64,000 bases of DNA from Desulfatiglandales bacterium (GCA_963666345.1 OY762721.1:3264001-3328000); one strand, 5' to 3'. Shown: positions 19,282 through 31,136, counted from the first letter of the stretch. The notes: generated by a model from the sequence alone, not told the origin. Program-made: numbers and translations.

Positions 19282-19694
19282 ACTATCTACTGGACACCTG
19301 TGTGATATCGGAACTTGTTAAGCCGTCACCGGATGCAAATGTAGTTGACTGGTTGAGCGCCACTCCAACGGAAAGATTATACTTAAGTGTAATAACAATA
19401 GGCGAGATACGAAAAGGTCTGATAAGGCTTCCGGATTCAAGGCGGAAAGTTTTGTTGGCAAATTGGCTCAATATGCTGCTTGAAGACTACCGGAGTAGAA
19501 TCTACTCAATAGATCCGGCTGTCGCGGAAAATTGGGGTACAATTCAAGGAAATGCCGAGAAAAAAGGGAAACCGATGTCTTCACTGGACAGCTTGATCGC
19601 CGCTATAGCCTATACCCACAACTTGATTCTGGTGACCAGAAATGTGCGTGATTTTGAGGCAAGCGACCTCCCGATCCAAAATCCCTGGGCGTAA
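19278..19694 (+). CDS. vapC: VapC PIN-domain toxin
   Basis: YLLDTCVISE, LSVITIGEI, DSLIAAIA, LVTRNVRDF; overlaps the antitoxin stop. Confidence 0.92.
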   Translation: MNYLLDTCVISELVKPSPDANVVDWLSATPTERLYLSVITIGEIRKGLIRLPDSRRKVLLANWLNMLLEDYRSRIYSIDPAVAENWGTIQGNAEKKGKPMSSLDSLIAAIAYTHNLILVTRNVRDFEASDLPIQNPWA

Positions 19695-19711
19695 CCGGGC
19701 TGAAAAGTGGA

Positions 19712-21172
19712 TCAATCCCTTTTTTTAAGCCCTTCATAAAACCTGCGCTGGAGGTTGTCGAATCCTCCGTTTGACATGAAAAGTACCACATCCCCTTTTT
19801 CGCTCTTCTTTAAAAGCCCTTCAAGCAGCTTGTCGGTGGTCTCGAAATAAAAGGCGTCCTTTCCATTTTGAGTGAGATCCGCAACCAGCCCTTTTGACGA
19901 AAACCTCTCCTCTGGCGGGATCTTCTCCATTAAAGCTGGCTCAGGGATTAATATCATATCCGCCTTGTCAAAGGAGGCCGCGTATCTTTTCTGGAATATG
20001 CTGCGTCTGCTTGAATTTGATCTCGGTTCAAAGACCGCGACAAGGCGCCTGCCCTTGAAACGCTCTTTTACGCCCCTTACGGTCTCCCTTACCGCCGTGG
20101 GATGATGGGCAAAGTCATCGAGCACCAGGATTCCTCCTGCCTCACCAATCTTTTCCTGCCTTCTCTTTACTCCCTTGAAGGTCGAAAGCGCGCCTGCAAG
20201 GTTTTGCCGCGGTATGTCCAGATAACTGGACAGGGCGGCCGTTGAAAGCATGTTCGATATGTTGTGCCTTCCGTAGAGGGGCGTGACGATATTTAAATAA
20301 GGCTCATCTCCTTTAAGGATCAAGGCCTTTGTGCCTTTGTCGGAATATGAAATATCTTGTGCCCTGAAAAGGGCGTTTTCAGACAGTCCGTAGGTTATAA
20401 CGCGGCATCCCGCCTTTGCCGCCTGATCCATTACGGCAGGATCATCTGCGTTGGCTATGAGAAGACCGTCGGCCGGGATGATATCCATGAGCCTTCCGAA
20501 GCTTTCCTTGACATGGTCAAGGTCCCTGTATATGTCTGCATGGTCGAATTCTACGCTTGTCAGGATCACGATCATGGGGCTGTAATGAAGGAATTTGGGC
20601 CCCTTGTCAAAAAAGGCGGTATCATATTCATCCCCCTCGACAACGCAGTAGGGGCCTTTGCCCAGCCTGAAGCTGCTGTCAAAACCTGCCGGGATACCTC
20701 CTATCATAAACAGGGGGTCCATGCCCGCCTGATCAAGTATCCACGCGGCAACCGAAGATGTCGTGGTCTTTCCGTGCGTGCCGCAGATGACTATGGATTT
20801 TTTTCCCTTTAAGGCGAAACGGCTCAGTGCCTGGGGAAAGGACAGGTACGGTATCTTGAGCCTTGACAGTTCTATGGCCTCCGGGTTATGCCGGGTTATG
20901 ACGTTTCCCACTATGACAAGATCAGGCCCTGAGGCAAGATTTTCAGGGCCGTATCCCTCTGACACCTTTATGGAAAGTCTTTCCAGAAAGTGGCTCATGG
21001 GCGGATACACATTCCGGTCTGATCCGGTGATGAGGTACCCTTTGTCCTTCAGGATTCCGGCAAGAGAGGCCATGCCTGTGCCGCAGATGCCCATAAGGTG
21101 AATGTGCCTGATCGTCTTTGGTGCGCGGTTAAGCTCCGGCGGAAGTATCGTGTCCTTTTTGTCCGATTCCAA
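19712..21172 (-). CDS. mpl: Murein peptide ligase
   Basis: GICGTGM, GTHGKTTT, EGDEYDTAFFDK, DDFAHHPTA, FEPRSNS, MSNGGF. Confidence 0.92.
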   Translation of the reverse strand: MESDKKDTILPPELNRAPKTIRHIHLMGICGTGMASLAGILKDKGYLITGSDRNVYPPMSHFLERLSIKVSEGYGPENLASGPDLVIVGNVITRHNPEAIELSRLKIPYLSFPQALSRFALKGKKSIVICGTHGKTTTSSVAAWILDQAGMDPLFMIGGIPAGFDSSFRLGKGPYCVVEGDEYDTAFFDKGPKFLHYSPMIVILTSVEFDHADIYRDLDHVKESFGRLMDIIPADGLLIANADDPAVMDQAAKAGCRVITYGLSENALFRAQDISYSDKGTKALILKGDEPYLNIVTPLYGRHNISNMLSTAALSSYLDIPRQNLAGALSTFKGVKRRQEKIGEAGGILVLDDFAHHPTAVRETVRGVKERFKGRRLVAVFEPRSNSSRRSIFQKRYAASFDKADMILIPEPALMEKIPPEERFSSKGLVADLTQNGKDAFYFETTDKLLEGLLKKSEKGDVVLFMSNGGFDNLQRRFYEGLKKRD

Positions 21173-21358
21173 GGTGTGGATCGCGCCTCCTTGTTTAAGA
21201 GCTAGGTGAACCGTAATTCCGGCTCCAACCCGTTTTGACCTGTAAAAAGTGCTTGCTATTTACTGATAAAATCTGTATAAATCAATGTTTAATTTTTCGC
21301 AAAGGGTCTTTGCCGAGGCAGGAGCCTTTGACCTTGAGACTGTATAGGAGAATTTTTG

Positions 21359-21547
21359 ATGTCAAAAGTCTGTGATATATGCGGAAAGCGGCCGACAGTT
21401 GGATATAATGTAAGTCATGCTCATAACAAGTCAAAGACCCGCTGGTATCCGAACCTTCAAAAGGTCAGGTGTGTGCAGAACGGTCAGGTCAAGAGACTGA
21501 GGGTCTGCACCAGTTGCATAAAGTCGGGAAGGGTGGAAAAACCCTGA
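21359..21547 (+). CDS. rpmB: 50S ribosomal protein L28
   Basis: [10 protein letters not shown]...NVSHAHNK...PNLQ...CTSCIKSG. Confidence 0.97.
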   Translation: MSKVCDICGKRPTVGYNVSHAHNKSKTRWYPNLQKVRCVQNGQVKRLRVCTSCIKSGRVEKP

Positions 21548-21562
21548 GGCCTTAAGGTTCAG

Positions 21563-23692
21563 CTACAGCCTTTCAACGGAAAGCACGTTTTTGATCCTTT
21601 TTATCATCCTGATTATTTCCTGTAGCTGATTGAAGTTTTCCACCTCAATGGTAAACATTGCAACACCCTTCTGGTCGGTTGTGGTCTTTATGTCAGCCTG
21701 GATGATGTTGGCATCCTTCTGTGTCAGGACCGCGCTGATATCGGCCAGCACGCCTTTACGTTCTATGCTGTTAACCCTCAGTTTCGCAACGTGGACTTCC
21801 TCCGTTGTAGGTTCCCATGACACCTCTATAAGTCTTTCCGGGTCGGCGTTTTTTATGTGTCTGCACTTCTGGTTGTGAATGGTCACGCCCCTGCCGCGTG
21901 TCATGAAGCCTATTACCTGTTCCCCCGGCAGCGGGTGACAGCAGTTTGCAAAACGGATCAGCATGTCGCTTATCCCTTTCACCCTGATCCCGCGGTCATT
22001 TTTTTTCCTCTTTATCCTGTCGACCACCTTGGTTACAATGTCGTCCTTTATGCCCATCTTGGGCTTAAGGCGGCCGATAACCTGATTGGAAGACACCTTG
22101 CCGAAGCCGATATGGGCCAGCAGGTCCTCCACTGAATGAAAGGAAAGATCCTTTGTTACGGACGCTATCTGATCACTCTTTAAAAGGTTGGGCAGGGTTA
22201 TGTTGGCCTGCTCCAAAGATTTTTCAAGTATGCTTCTCCCGAGCGATATGCTCTCTTCCCTTTCCTGGTTTCTTATCCACTGCTTTATCTTGGTCCTTGC
22301 CTTCGGGGTCTTGACGAATTCAAGCCAGTCCTTGCTGGGGTGCTGTTTAGGCGAGGTCAGTATCTTTACGATGTCGCCGTTTCTCAGTTTGTACCTCAGG
22401 GGAACCATCTTTTCGTTGACCCGCGCGCCTATGCATTTTTCACCTATCTCGCTATGTATGCCGTAGGCGAAATCTATGGGAGTCGAATCCTTTGGAAAGG
22501 CCTTCACATCTCCATTGGGGGTGAATACATATACCTCGTCGGGAAAGAGGTTCATCCTTAGGGTATCGAGAAATTCTATGGGATCCTCGAGGTTCTGCTG
22601 CCATTCCACTATCTGCCTCAGCCAGGCGAACTGCTTTTCATCCGTCTTGTTGGCGATGGTGCCTTCTTTGTACTTCCAGTGGGCGGCAATACCCTGCTCG
22701 GCCACCTTATTCATTTCCCAGGTCCTGAGCTGAACCTCCATCCTCTCTCCGATCGGTCCGATTACCGTGGTATGGAGGGATTGATACATGTTTCCCTTGG
22801 GAACTGATACATAGTCCTTGAACCTTCCGGGCACCGGTTTCCACATGGAATGGATGTGTCCGAGCGCTTCGTAGCACTCCTTTATGGAATTGACTATGAC
22901 CCTGAAGGCGATTACATCATAGACCTGGTTGACGGTGAGATTCTGGGCCAGCATCTTTTTATATATGCTGAAATAATGCTTGTATCTTCCCGTTACGGAT
23001 ACCTTTATGCCGTATTCTTTTAATTTATTATAAAGGAGCCCCTTGACCTCGGTAATAAATTTTTCCCTTTCACCCTTTCTTTCTGCTATGCCTGCCTTTA
23101 TCTGCTGGTAGATCTGCGGCTCCAGATAGTAGAGACACAGGTCTTCAAGGCTTGATTTTATCCAGTGGATTCCCATCCGGCCCGCAAGGGGGGCGTAGAT
23201 CTCAAGGGTTTCGCTTGCTATCTTGTGCTGTTTTTCAGGAGGCTGGAATCCGAGTGTCCTCATGTTGTGGAGCCTGTCCGCGAGTTTTACAAGGATCACC
23301 CGGATATCGGACGACATCGCCAGGATCATTTTTCTTACATTTTCAGCCTGCCGCTGCCTGTGGCTGGTAAAGTGCATCTTGCTGATTTTCGTAACGCCCG
23401 AGACTATATTGGCTGTTTCCTCTCCGAAGAGCCTTTTTATCTCACCGATTTCCGCGTCGGTATCCTCGATCGTGTCATGCAGAAGACCCGCGGCAATGCA
23501 GACCGCGTCCATTTTCATCTGCGCGAGTATATGGGCCGCCTCAAGGGGGTGGGAAAGATAGGACTCACCGGAGAGTCTTATCTGGCCCTGATGAACCTTC
23601 GCGGAGTACACGTACGCCTTTTCTATCAGGTCGATATCGGCATTCGGATGGTATTCCAGGACCTGGTTGATGATATCATTTAATCGAATCAT
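21563..23692 (-). CDS. rel: Bifunctional (p)ppGpp synthetase/hydrolase
   Basis: [28 protein letters not shown] and ACT domains. Confidence 0.95.
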   Translation of the reverse strand: MIRLNDIINQVLEYHPNADIDLIEKAYVYSAKVHQGQIRLSGESYLSHPLEAAHILAQMKMDAVCIAAGLLHDTIEDTDAEIGEIKRLFGEETANIVSGVTKISKMHFTSHRQRQAENVRKMILAMSSDIRVILVKLADRLHNMRTLGFQPPEKQHKIASETLEIYAPLAGRMGIHWIKSSLEDLCLYYLEPQIYQQIKAGIAERKGEREKFITEVKGLLYNKLKEYGIKVSVTGRYKHYFSIYKKMLAQNLTVNQVYDVIAFRVIVNSIKECYEALGHIHSMWKPVPGRFKDYVSVPKGNMYQSLHTTVIGPIGERMEVQLRTWEMNKVAEQGIAAHWKYKEGTIANKTDEKQFAWLRQIVEWQQNLEDPIEFLDTLRMNLFPDEVYVFTPNGDVKAFPKDSTPIDFAYGIHSEIGEKCIGARVNEKMVPLRYKLRNGDIVKILTSPKQHPSKDWLEFVKTPKARTKIKQWIRNQEREESISLGRSILEKSLEQANITLPNLLKSDQIASVTKDLSFHSVEDLLAHIGFGKVSSNQVIGRLKPKMGIKDDIVTKVVDRIKRKKNDRGIRVKGISDMLIRFANCCHPLPGEQVIGFMTRGRGVTIHNQKCRHIKNADPERLIEVSWEPTTEEVHVAKLRVNSIERKGVLADISAVLTQKDANIIQADIKTTTDQKGVAMFTIEVENFNQLQEIIRMIKRIKNVLSVERL

Positions 23693-25403
23693 AAAGGTCT
23701 CTTACAATTCCTGCGATGGTTGATGAGGCCTCTTTTATAGGAATTGATTCGATCTCTTTTTCAAAGCGCATCTTCAATTCCACGATACCCTCTTTTACCC
23801 CTCTCATTCCAATGGTAATCCTGACAGGGATCCCGAGAAGATCGGCATCATTGAACTTCACCCCGGCCCTTTCATCCCGGTCGTCGATGAGCACATCCAA
23901 CCCCATATCGCAAAGCTCCGAGTATATCTTTTCAGATGCCTCCACCACATCCTTTTCATGCATCTGAAGGGGAAGGATAGTCACCTCAAAGGGAGCGATG
24001 GGAACGGGGAATATTATCCCCTTATCGTCATGATTCTGCTCTATTGCCGCAGCAACCGTTCTGCCTACGCCGATGCCGTAGCAACCCATTATTATAGGAT
24101 TTTCAGCACCCTGTTCATCGAGAAAGATGGCATTCATCGCCTTGCTGTATTTAGTGCCCAGCTTGAATATATGCCCCACCTCGATGCCCCTTCCGAATGC
24201 TATGGATCCTCCGCATCTGGGGCATGGATCGCCCTGCTTTATTACCCTTAGATCGCAGAAACTTTCCACTTTGAAGTCCCTGTCCAGGTTTACGTTTTTC
24301 AAATGAAGGTCCTTACCGTTGCCGCCTGTGACGAAATTCTTCATCCCCTCTACGGCGTTGTCCGCGACAATCCTGACTTCAAGGCCTGCCGGCCCTGCAA
24401 AACCTGTAGGGGCACCGGTTGTCTCCTCCACGAGATCGGGATCGGCAAGTTCGAGGCTTTGAGCGCCCAGGAAGTTTTTGAGCTTGATCTCGTTTATCTC
24501 ATGATCTCCCCTGACCAGGGCGGCCACGGTCCCGCCGTCCGCCGCAAAGATAAGTGTCTTTATAAGATCGGCGGGTGATACGGAGAGAAAGGAGGTCACC
24601 TGATCGACCGTCTTCATGTCAGGGGTCGGCACCTTTTCAAGCGGCAGCATCTGTTCGGCGGAGGACTTTCCCGGTCTTTCCTGAGCGGCCACTTCGGCCC
24701 TTTCCAGATTGGCCGCGTAATCGCATTCCTTACAGTTTACGATCATATCCTCGCCTGTTTCCGCAAGCACCATGAACTCATGAGAATAGCTTCCGCCTAT
24801 GGCCCCGGAATCGGCTTCAACCGCCCTGAATTCCAGTCCGCACCTCTTGAATATCCTTGAGTAGGCCTCATGCATGATTTCATAGCTTCTGTTGGCGCCC
24901 CCTTCATCCGTATCGAAACTGTAGGCGTCTTTCATGATGAATTCACGTCCCCGCATCAGACCGAACCTCGGCCTTATCTCATCCCTGAATTTGGTCTGAA
25001 TCTGATACAGGTTGACGGGCATCTGCTTGTAGGAGTGGATCTCTTTCCTTACCAGGTCGGTTATAACCTCCTCGTGGGTCGGTCCAAGACAGGCAAAACG
25101 GTTGTGCCTGTCCTTGAATCTGAGCAGCTCCCTGCCGTAGTAATCCCATCTTCCGCTTTCCTGCCATAGCTCCGCCGGTTGTACCGCCGGCATGAGAAGT
25201 TCTATGGCGCCCGCCCTGTTCATTTCCTCTCTTATGATGTTTTCCACCTTCTTCAGGGCCCTGAGGCCAAGCGGGAGGTAGGTATAGATCCCTGACGTCA
25301 ATTTCCTTATCATTCCCGCCCTTATCATAAGCTGATGGCTTATCACCTCGGCTTCAGAGGGGATCTCCTTGAAGGTGGGTATAAAATAGCTTGAATATCT
25401 CAT
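23676..25403 (-). CDS. proS: Proline--tRNA ligase
   Basis: [39 protein letters not shown]; editing insertion present. Confidence 0.97.
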   Translation of the reverse strand: MRYSSYFIPTFKEIPSEAEVISHQLMIRAGMIRKLTSGIYTYLPLGLRALKKVENIIREEMNRAGAIELLMPAVQPAELWQESGRWDYYGRELLRFKDRHNRFACLGPTHEEVITDLVRKEIHSYKQMPVNLYQIQTKFRDEIRPRFGLMRGREFIMKDAYSFDTDEGGANRSYEIMHEAYSRIFKRCGLEFRAVEADSGAIGGSYSHEFMVLAETGEDMIVNCKECDYAANLERAEVAAQERPGKSSAEQMLPLEKVPTPDMKTVDQVTSFLSVSPADLIKTLIFAADGGTVAALVRGDHEINEIKLKNFLGAQSLELADPDLVEETTGAPTGFAGPAGLEVRIVADNAVEGMKNFVTGGNGKDLHLKNVNLDRDFKVESFCDLRVIKQGDPCPRCGGSIAFGRGIEVGHIFKLGTKYSKAMNAIFLDEQGAENPIIMGCYGIGVGRTVAAAIEQNHDDKGIIFPVPIAPFEVTILPLQMHEKDVVEASEKIYSELCDMGLDVLIDDRDERAGVKFNDADLLGIPVRITIGMRGVKEGIVELKMRFEKEIESIPIKEASSTIAGIVRDLYDSIK

Positions 25404-25458
25404 CTTTTCCGTTCTACCTCGTCTGGTTTATTTCCGGTGCCTGGTTCAGTGCCTTTTT

Positions 25459-26541
25459 CTATTGGAAATCCTTATCCCTGATCATCCTGTTTACCTCATC
25501 GATAAGGGCCTGAGCCAGATTGTCTTCCGGGATTTTCCTTATGACCTTTCCTTTCCTGAAAAGGATACCCTGGCCCCTGCCGCCGGCTATACCTATGTCG
25601 GCCTCTTTTGCCTCACCCGGACCGTTTACCACGCAACCCATAATCGCTATCTTGGGGGAGGCCTCGATTCCGGCAAGCGATTTTTCAACCTGTTCAACAA
25701 GCCCGAAAAGGTCTATCTCCGTACGGCCGCAGGTGGGGCATGAAATTATTTCAGGGCCGCGATGCCTCAGATCCAATGCCCTCAAAATCTCATAGGAGAC
25801 GATCACCTCCTCCACAGGGTCCCTTGTAAGCGATACCCGGAAGGTGTCTCCTATCCCGCGGGCAAGTAGATATCCGATGCCGAGCGCGCTTTTAACGGTT
25901 CCTGAAATAAGGGTGCCCGCCTCTGTGACGCCCAGATGAAGGGGATAGTCGACCTCTTGACTCAAAAGTTCATAGGCCCTGATGGTGTTTTTGACGTTGG
26001 AGGATTTAAGAGATACCTTTATCTGATCAAAGTCCATGGACTCAAGGAGCCTTACATGCTTTACCGCACTTTCCATCATCGCCTCAGGGGTGGGACGGCC
26101 GTATTTCATGAGGATATCCCTGTGAAGGGAACCGGCATTCACTCCTATCCTGATGGAGATTCCGTGCTTTCCGGCTGAATCGACCACCTTTTTGACCGCG
26201 TCCCTGCTCCCGATATTTCCCGGGTTTATCCTGAGCCCGTCGGCGCCTGCGTCCATGGCTGCCAGGGCGAGCCGGTGGTCGAAATGGATATCCGCTATAA
26301 GGGGAGTTCCAGTCCTTGATTTGATCTCTTTAACGGCGGATGCCGCCTCCGAATCGGGTACTGCAAGCCGGACTATCTCACATCCCGCCCGCACAAGCCT
26401 CCGGATCTGGTCGACCGTCTTTGATACGTCTCTTGTATCGGTGTTTGTCATGGATTGAACAGCGACGGGAGCTCCGTCGCCGATCGGGACAGATCCTACG
26501 TATATCCTTTTTGTCTGTCTTCTCGTTTTAAATGGTTCCAT
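25459..26541 (-). CDS. ispG: HMBPP synthase (alternative TTG start at 26556)
   Basis: VQSMTNT, ADIHFD, RINPGNIG, SCPTCGR, MGCVVNGPGEA. Confidence 0.96.
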   Translation of the reverse strand: MEPFKTRRQTKRIYVGSVPIGDGAPVAVQSMTNTDTRDVSKTVDQIRRLVRAGCEIVRLAVPDSEAASAVKEIKSRTGTPLIADIHFDHRLALAAMDAGADGLRINPGNIGSRDAVKKVVDSAGKHGISIRIGVNAGSLHRDILMKYGRPTPEAMMESAVKHVRLLESMDFDQIKVSLKSSNVKNTIRAYELLSQEVDYPLHLGVTEAGTLISGTVKSALGIGYLLARGIGDTFRVSLTRDPVEEVIVSYEILRALDLRHRGPEIISCPTCGRTEIDLFGLVEQVEKSLAGIEASPKIAIMGCVVNGPGEAKEADIGIAGGRGQGILFRKGKVIRKIPEDNLAQALIDEVNRMIRDKDFQ

Positions 26542-26601
26542 TCTATTTCCGGGCAAGGCCTTTCCGTTTAATCCTTTAACGCATATTAAAGGACATGATG
26601 T

Positions 26602-26632
26602 TTCTTCAACTTAGTTGAAGAAGAGGATCCAA
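26602..26632. repeat. Palindromic intergenic element
   Basis: ttcttcaact-t-agttgaagaa; related copy at 53351-53384. Confidence 0.55.
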
Positions 26633-26683
26633 AGGAATAAAGACAGGGGGTAGATCTATCTTTTCCATGGCAAAAATGGACAG

Positions 26684-27859
26684 CTAATATAAGAACATCG
26701 GTTTTCCGCTCACATGCCTGACCTTGGGCCTGTATTCTTCGATGTCGTACAGTTCCCTGACGTCCACCCTCTTCTGGCCCGTGCTTATGGTGCTCAGCGC
26801 AATGTCGGAGTAGGTGCCCCTTGTCAGTGCTACGAGACGGCCGAAGTTTCCTCTCAGGAAAAGGTCTATAACCATATTGGCGAAGTTGACGGCTACCATC
26901 AGGTCAAGAGAATCGGGTGCTCCGCTTCTCATGAGGTATGAAAGCCTTTGATTAAGAACGTCTTCACCTGTCAGTTTCTTCAGAAGCTGGCCCGTTTCTT
27001 CACCTATGCCCCCAAGCCTGCTGTGCCCGTAGGCGTCGGCTTCTCCCGATATGAGCATGTCTCCACCCAGCATTTTTGCCCCTTCCGAGATGGTGATGAC
27101 GGCGTAGTTCTTGGGATTATTTTTCTTGTCGACCATTATGAGTTCCGCCAGTCTTCCCGGCTCAAAGGGGACCTCGGATATGATCGCCCTGTCAACCCCC
27201 GCAAGATACGCTGATATGAGAGAGGTCTCACCGCAGTAGCGGCCGAAAAGCTCTATGATGGCTATCCTCTCATGCGATCCGGTGCATGTCCTGAGGGCGT
27301 GAATGAAACCGACTCCCCTTGTTACCGCCGTTGAAAAACCGATGCAGTAATCCGTTCCAAACACGTCGTTGTCCATGGTCTTGGGAATGGCAATAACAGG
27401 AAAGCCTTCCCTGTTGATTCTGTCCGCGAAGCTGAGTGTGTCGTCTCCGCCGATGGGAATAATGGCGTCGATATCAAGCCTGTCAAGATTCTGCAGCACA
27501 TGATAGGTGAAATCCTTTACCTCTTCCCCCTCGGCAAAGGCGTCAAGGAGAAAACCGGGAGCGTTCATCTTTTTCGTGGCGCTCGGATTTGTCCTGGATG
27601 TGTGAAGATAGGTGCCACCGTACCGGTCTATGGTGCGTACATCAGCAGGATCGAGTTCCTGGACGCACCTTTGGCGACATTCAGGGTCATCCGGGTTGTA
27701 TTCAAGAAGCCCGGCCCAGCCGCGCCTTATTCCTATGACCCTCAATCCTTCGCTCACTCCCCTGTAGACAAGCGCCTTTATGCAGGGGTTGAGTCCCGGG
27801 ACGTCTCCTCCTCCGGTCAAGATGGCTATGGTCTTTTTTTTGCCTTTTTTTTGAGACAT
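26684..27859 (-). CDS. pfkA: Phosphofructokinase, probably PPi-dependent
   Basis: [15 protein letters not shown] and PKTMDND carry the Asp/Lys PPi-type signature. Confidence 0.88.
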   Translation of the reverse strand: MSQKKGKKKTIAILTGGGDVPGLNPCIKALVYRGVSEGLRVIGIRRGWAGLLEYNPDDPECRQRCVQELDPADVRTIDRYGGTYLHTSRTNPSATKKMNAPGFLLDAFAEGEEVKDFTYHVLQNLDRLDIDAIIPIGGDDTLSFADRINREGFPVIAIPKTMDNDVFGTDYCIGFSTAVTRGVGFIHALRTCTGSHERIAIIELFGRYCGETSLISAYLAGVDRAIISEVPFEPGRLAELIMVDKKNNPKNYAVITISEGAKMLGGDMLISGEADAYGHSRLGGIGEETGQLLKKLTGEDVLNQRLSYLMRSGAPDSLDLMVAVNFANMVIDLFLRGNFGRLVALTRGTYSDIALSTISTGQKRVDVRELYDIEEYRPKVRHVSGKPMFLY

Positions 27860-28338
27860 TTAGAAAAATACCTCCATCCAAAAAAATCGGGCTTACCACC
27901 TCTAAAAGAGACACCTTCCACTTTGCGGATCAAGTGCCCATATTGATTTAAAATGAATCTCAAGTTATAAACGGAATTCAAAAAAACGGATGAACCGGAA
28001 TTTGGAGCCAACCATAAGTTTCAGGTGCCTCTAAAAAGACAAATCCGGTGGAATCTAAATGTTTTGGGCCAAAGAAAAAAGTAGTTCAACGCAGCCCCTC
28101 TGTCAAGGCGATTGTGGCTGGATACGACATAATGATTTTTCTTCCGGGCATAAATACTTCCCGGAGAAGAATACCTTTGCTGTCTTGATAAATTTCGTTG
28201 CGTCACCAAGACTGTCTCCTCCGGCCCGGATGTAATATGTTTTTGAGATTTTTTCGAGGGGCGGATTTTTCGGCTTTTTTGTTGACATGAATGGCTGAAG
28301 GGTTATGCTTAAAATCTTTATCAAAAGGAGGGATTTAT

Positions 28339-29517
28339 ATGGGAGCTGCGAAAAAGATAGAGGCCTTTATCAAGAAATCCTCATGGATAAGGAAGATGTT
28401 TGAGGAGGGAATCAGGCTGAAGGAAAAGTATGGCGCTGAAAATGTATTTGATTTCAGCCTCGGAAATCCGAACCTTGAGCCCCCTGAGAGTTTCAGCAAG
28501 GTGATTCTGGATCTTGCCAAAGACAGATCCCCCGGGCGGCACGCATATATGCCCAATACCGGATTTGTCGAGACCAGACAGGCCGTGGCCGATTATGTGG
28601 GAAAGGGCAACCGTTATTCCTTTTCCGCCGGAGATATAGTAATGACGGCCGGTGCCGGAGGCGGTCTGAACGTACTTTTCAAGACCCTCCTGGATCCGGG
28701 GGAAGAGGTGATAATTCCGACCCCCTATTTTGTGGAGTACAATTTCTATCTGGACAACCATGGCGGGGTGCCTGTCCTGGTCAATACCAAGCCTGATTTC
28801 TCACTTGACCTAAAGGCGATCTCAGAGGCCATAACGGAAAAGACAAAGGCGGTGTTGATCAATTCTCCCAACAACCCCACAGGCAGGGTTTACAGAGAAG
28901 AAGAACTCAGGATGCTTTCGGAACTACTTGCCCGGAAAAGCAGCGAGCGTGGGAGCCCGGTTTATCTGATCTCAGATGAGCCGTACAGAAAGATAGTCTA
29001 TGAAGGGGTGGTCGTTCCAAGTATTTTTGACGCCTACCCCGAGAGCTTCGTGGTAACGTCGTTTTCCAAGGATCTCTCGATTCCGGGTGAGAGGATCGGA
29101 TATATCGCCTCGAGTCCGGAACTGACCGACAGGCCCGCTATCCTGGCCGGTCTTGCCCTGTGCAACAGGATCCTGGGCTATGTGAATGCATCCGCCTTTA
29201 TGCAGAGGGCGATACCTCATCTTCTTGATGAGAGCGTTGACATGAACATCTACAGGAAAAAGAGAGACATCCTCTGCGATGCCCTCGGCTCTTTCGGTTA
29301 CGAGTTTGAGAAGCCTGAAGGGGCCTTTTACCTGTTTCCCAAGACTCCCATCAAAGACGATGTGCAGTTCGTATCAGTCCTTCAGGAAGAGAACATACTG
29401 GCCGTTCCGGGCAGCGGCTTCGGCGGCCCGGGTCATATCAGGCTGGCCTATTGCGTATCCGACAAGGTCATAGAAAGATCCTTGTCGGGTTTTGAAAGGG
29501 CGATGAAAAAATATTAG
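28339..29517 (+). CDS. Class I/II PLP-dependent (aspartate-type) aminotransferase
   Basis: NSPNNPTG, SDEPY, SFSKDLSIPGERIG; AGGAGG RBS before 28339. Confidence 0.9.
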   Translation: MGAAKKIEAFIKKSSWIRKMFEEGIRLKEKYGAENVFDFSLGNPNLEPPESFSKVILDLAKDRSPGRHAYMPNTGFVETRQAVADYVGKGNRYSFSAGDIVMTAGAGGGLNVLFKTLLDPGEEVIIPTPYFVEYNFYLDNHGGVPVLVNTKPDFSLDLKAISEAITEKTKAVLINSPNNPTGRVYREEELRMLSELLARKSSERGSPVYLISDEPYRKIVYEGVVVPSIFDAYPESFVVTSFSKDLSIPGERIGYIASSPELTDRPAILAGLALCNRILGYVNASAFMQRAIPHLLDESVDMNIYRKKRDILCDALGSFGYEFEKPEGAFYLFPKTPIKDDVQFVSVLQEENILAVPGSGFGGPGHIRLAYCVSDKVIERSLSGFERAMKKY

Positions 29518-29531
29518 GACCGGGGGGAACC

Positions 29532-29954
29532 ATGTATTCAAAAACGCTCTCTTTGAGGTTTACCAGGGATATCGTAAACGAGCCGGTTGTGGTGAACCTT
29601 GTCAAGAAGTTCGATCTCAGTTTCAATATCCTCAAGGCCACCATTTACCCCAGAAAAGAGGGGCTGATGGTTTTGGAACTTAGCGGTCACAGGAAAAATT
29701 ATGCCAAAGGTGTCCGGTACCTGAAAGACCTGGGTATCAAGGTGGAAAGTATCGGGCAGGACATAAAGCGGGATGAAAGCAGGTGCTTTCACTGTGGGGC
29801 ATGCACTGCGGTCTGCCCGACGGGAGCGCTTCATATCAAGAGACCTGAAATGGAAGTCCTTTTTGACGGAGAAAAGTGCAGCGCATGCGAGTGGTGTGTC
29901 GTGGTCTGCCCGGTTCGTGCCATGAAGGTGGGATTTAACAGGGCACTCCTCTGA
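29532..29954 (+). CDS. NIL domain plus 2x[4Fe-4S] ferredoxin
   Basis: FNILKA (NIL), CFHCGACTAVCP, CSACEWCVVVCP. Confidence 0.85.
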   Translation: MYSKTLSLRFTRDIVNEPVVVNLVKKFDLSFNILKATIYPRKEGLMVLELSGHRKNYAKGVRYLKDLGIKVESIGQDIKRDESRCFHCGACTAVCPTGALHIKRPEMEVLFDGEKCSACEWCVVVCPVRAMKVGFNRALL

Positions 29955-30068
29955 TCATTCATGCCTTTGGAAAGCCTATTCCTTTTATCAACTCTTTGTC
30001 TCCCCGGCATTTAATGACCAGCCTGCGGCGCCGGAAGGGTGCCCGTAAATAAAAAGGATGCAGGACCA

Positions 30069-31136
30069 ATGACTGAAAGTGAAAGTCCCTCGCATGTCTT
30101 GCTGGCTATGAGCGGAGGAATGGACAGCTCTATTGCCGCCGCGATCCTGATGGAAAAGGGGTGGAAGGTCAGGGGGCTCCATTTCCTCCTGCCTGCCGAC
30201 AGGTTGATCAGGAAACAACGCCTGGAATCTACGATCAGGGTTTCAAGGTATCTGGATCTGCCGCTGGAGGTAATGGATCTGGAAAAGGAGTTCAGCGAAC
30301 TGGTGATAGATCCGTTTGTCATGTCTTATCTTAAGGGACTGACGCCCAATCCGTGTGTCGCCTGTAATGAACTTGTGAAATTCTCTTTTCTTCTTTCAAG
30401 TGCCTCTGAAAGGGGATACGGAAACATCGCAACCGGGCATTATGCCAGGTTGAAAAAGACGGATGACGGGGTGGAACTCTTAAGGGGAAAGGACAGGAGC
30501 AAGGATCAGTCATATTTTCTCCATCGACTGGACCAGAACTGCCTTGAAAAGGCCGTTTTTCCACTGGGTAATATGTTGAAGGAAGAAGCAAAAGCACTTG
30601 CAGCGGCCATGAGCCTTCCTGTCGGCACCTCCCGGGAAAGCCAGGAGATATGTTTTCTTTCTCAAAGGGATTACCGGCCGTTTGTAGAGAAATGGAGCGC
30701 TTTTCTGATAGAGACCAGGGGTGATATAGTCGATGAAAAGGGCGAAGTCCTGGGCGGGCACGCGGGTGCTCACAGATATACCATCGGCCAGAGAAAAGGC
30801 CTTGGGATAGCATCTGAAAGACCCTACTACGTCAAAGAGATAAGGCCTTCTGAAAACAAGGTGGTAGTGGCGAGAAGAGAGGATTTATACTCGACGGAGG
30901 TGACGGCGGAGGGCTTCAGATGGATAATCAGGGAACCGCACGACAGGATGATGGCGGCCTCAGCCCAGATACGGTACAGACACCCGGCAGCCCCCGGGAG
31001 GCTTGAAATCCTGTCTTCAGACAGGGTCAGGTTTACCTTTGAAAGTCCTCAGTGGGCCGTTACCCCTGGGCAGGCACTCGTCTGTTACCGGGACGACAAA
31101 GCGCTTGGAGGAGGTTGGATAGTAAGAAACTCATGA
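30069..31136 (+). CDS. mnmA: tRNA 2-thiouridylase
   Basis: AMSGGMDS, TPNPCVACN, ATGHYA, KDQSYFL, ESQEICF, YTIGQRKGLG. Confidence 0.95.
   Translation: MTESESPSHVLLAMSGGMDSSIAAAILMEKGWKVRGLHFLLPADRLIRKQRLESTIRVSRYLDLPLEVMDLEKEFSELVIDPFVMSYLKGLTPNPCVACNELVKFSFLLSSASERGYGNIATGHYARLKKTDDGVELLRGKDRSKDQSYFLHRLDQNCLEKAVFPLGNMLKEEAKALAAAMSLPVGTSRESQEICFLSQRDYRPFVEKWSAFLIETRGDIVDEKGEVLGGHAGAHRYTIGQRKGLGIASERPYYVKEIRPSENKVVVARREDLYSTEVTAEGFRWIIREPHDRMMAASAQIRYRHPAAPGRLEILSSDRVRFTFESPQWAVTPGQALVCYRDDKALGGGWIVRNS

Noticed and set aside
21563..23692. Functional link between housekeeping rel and the cassette SAS-like gene
   Set aside because: rel sits in an ordinary ispG-proS-rel context, so the proximity is most likely coincidental.
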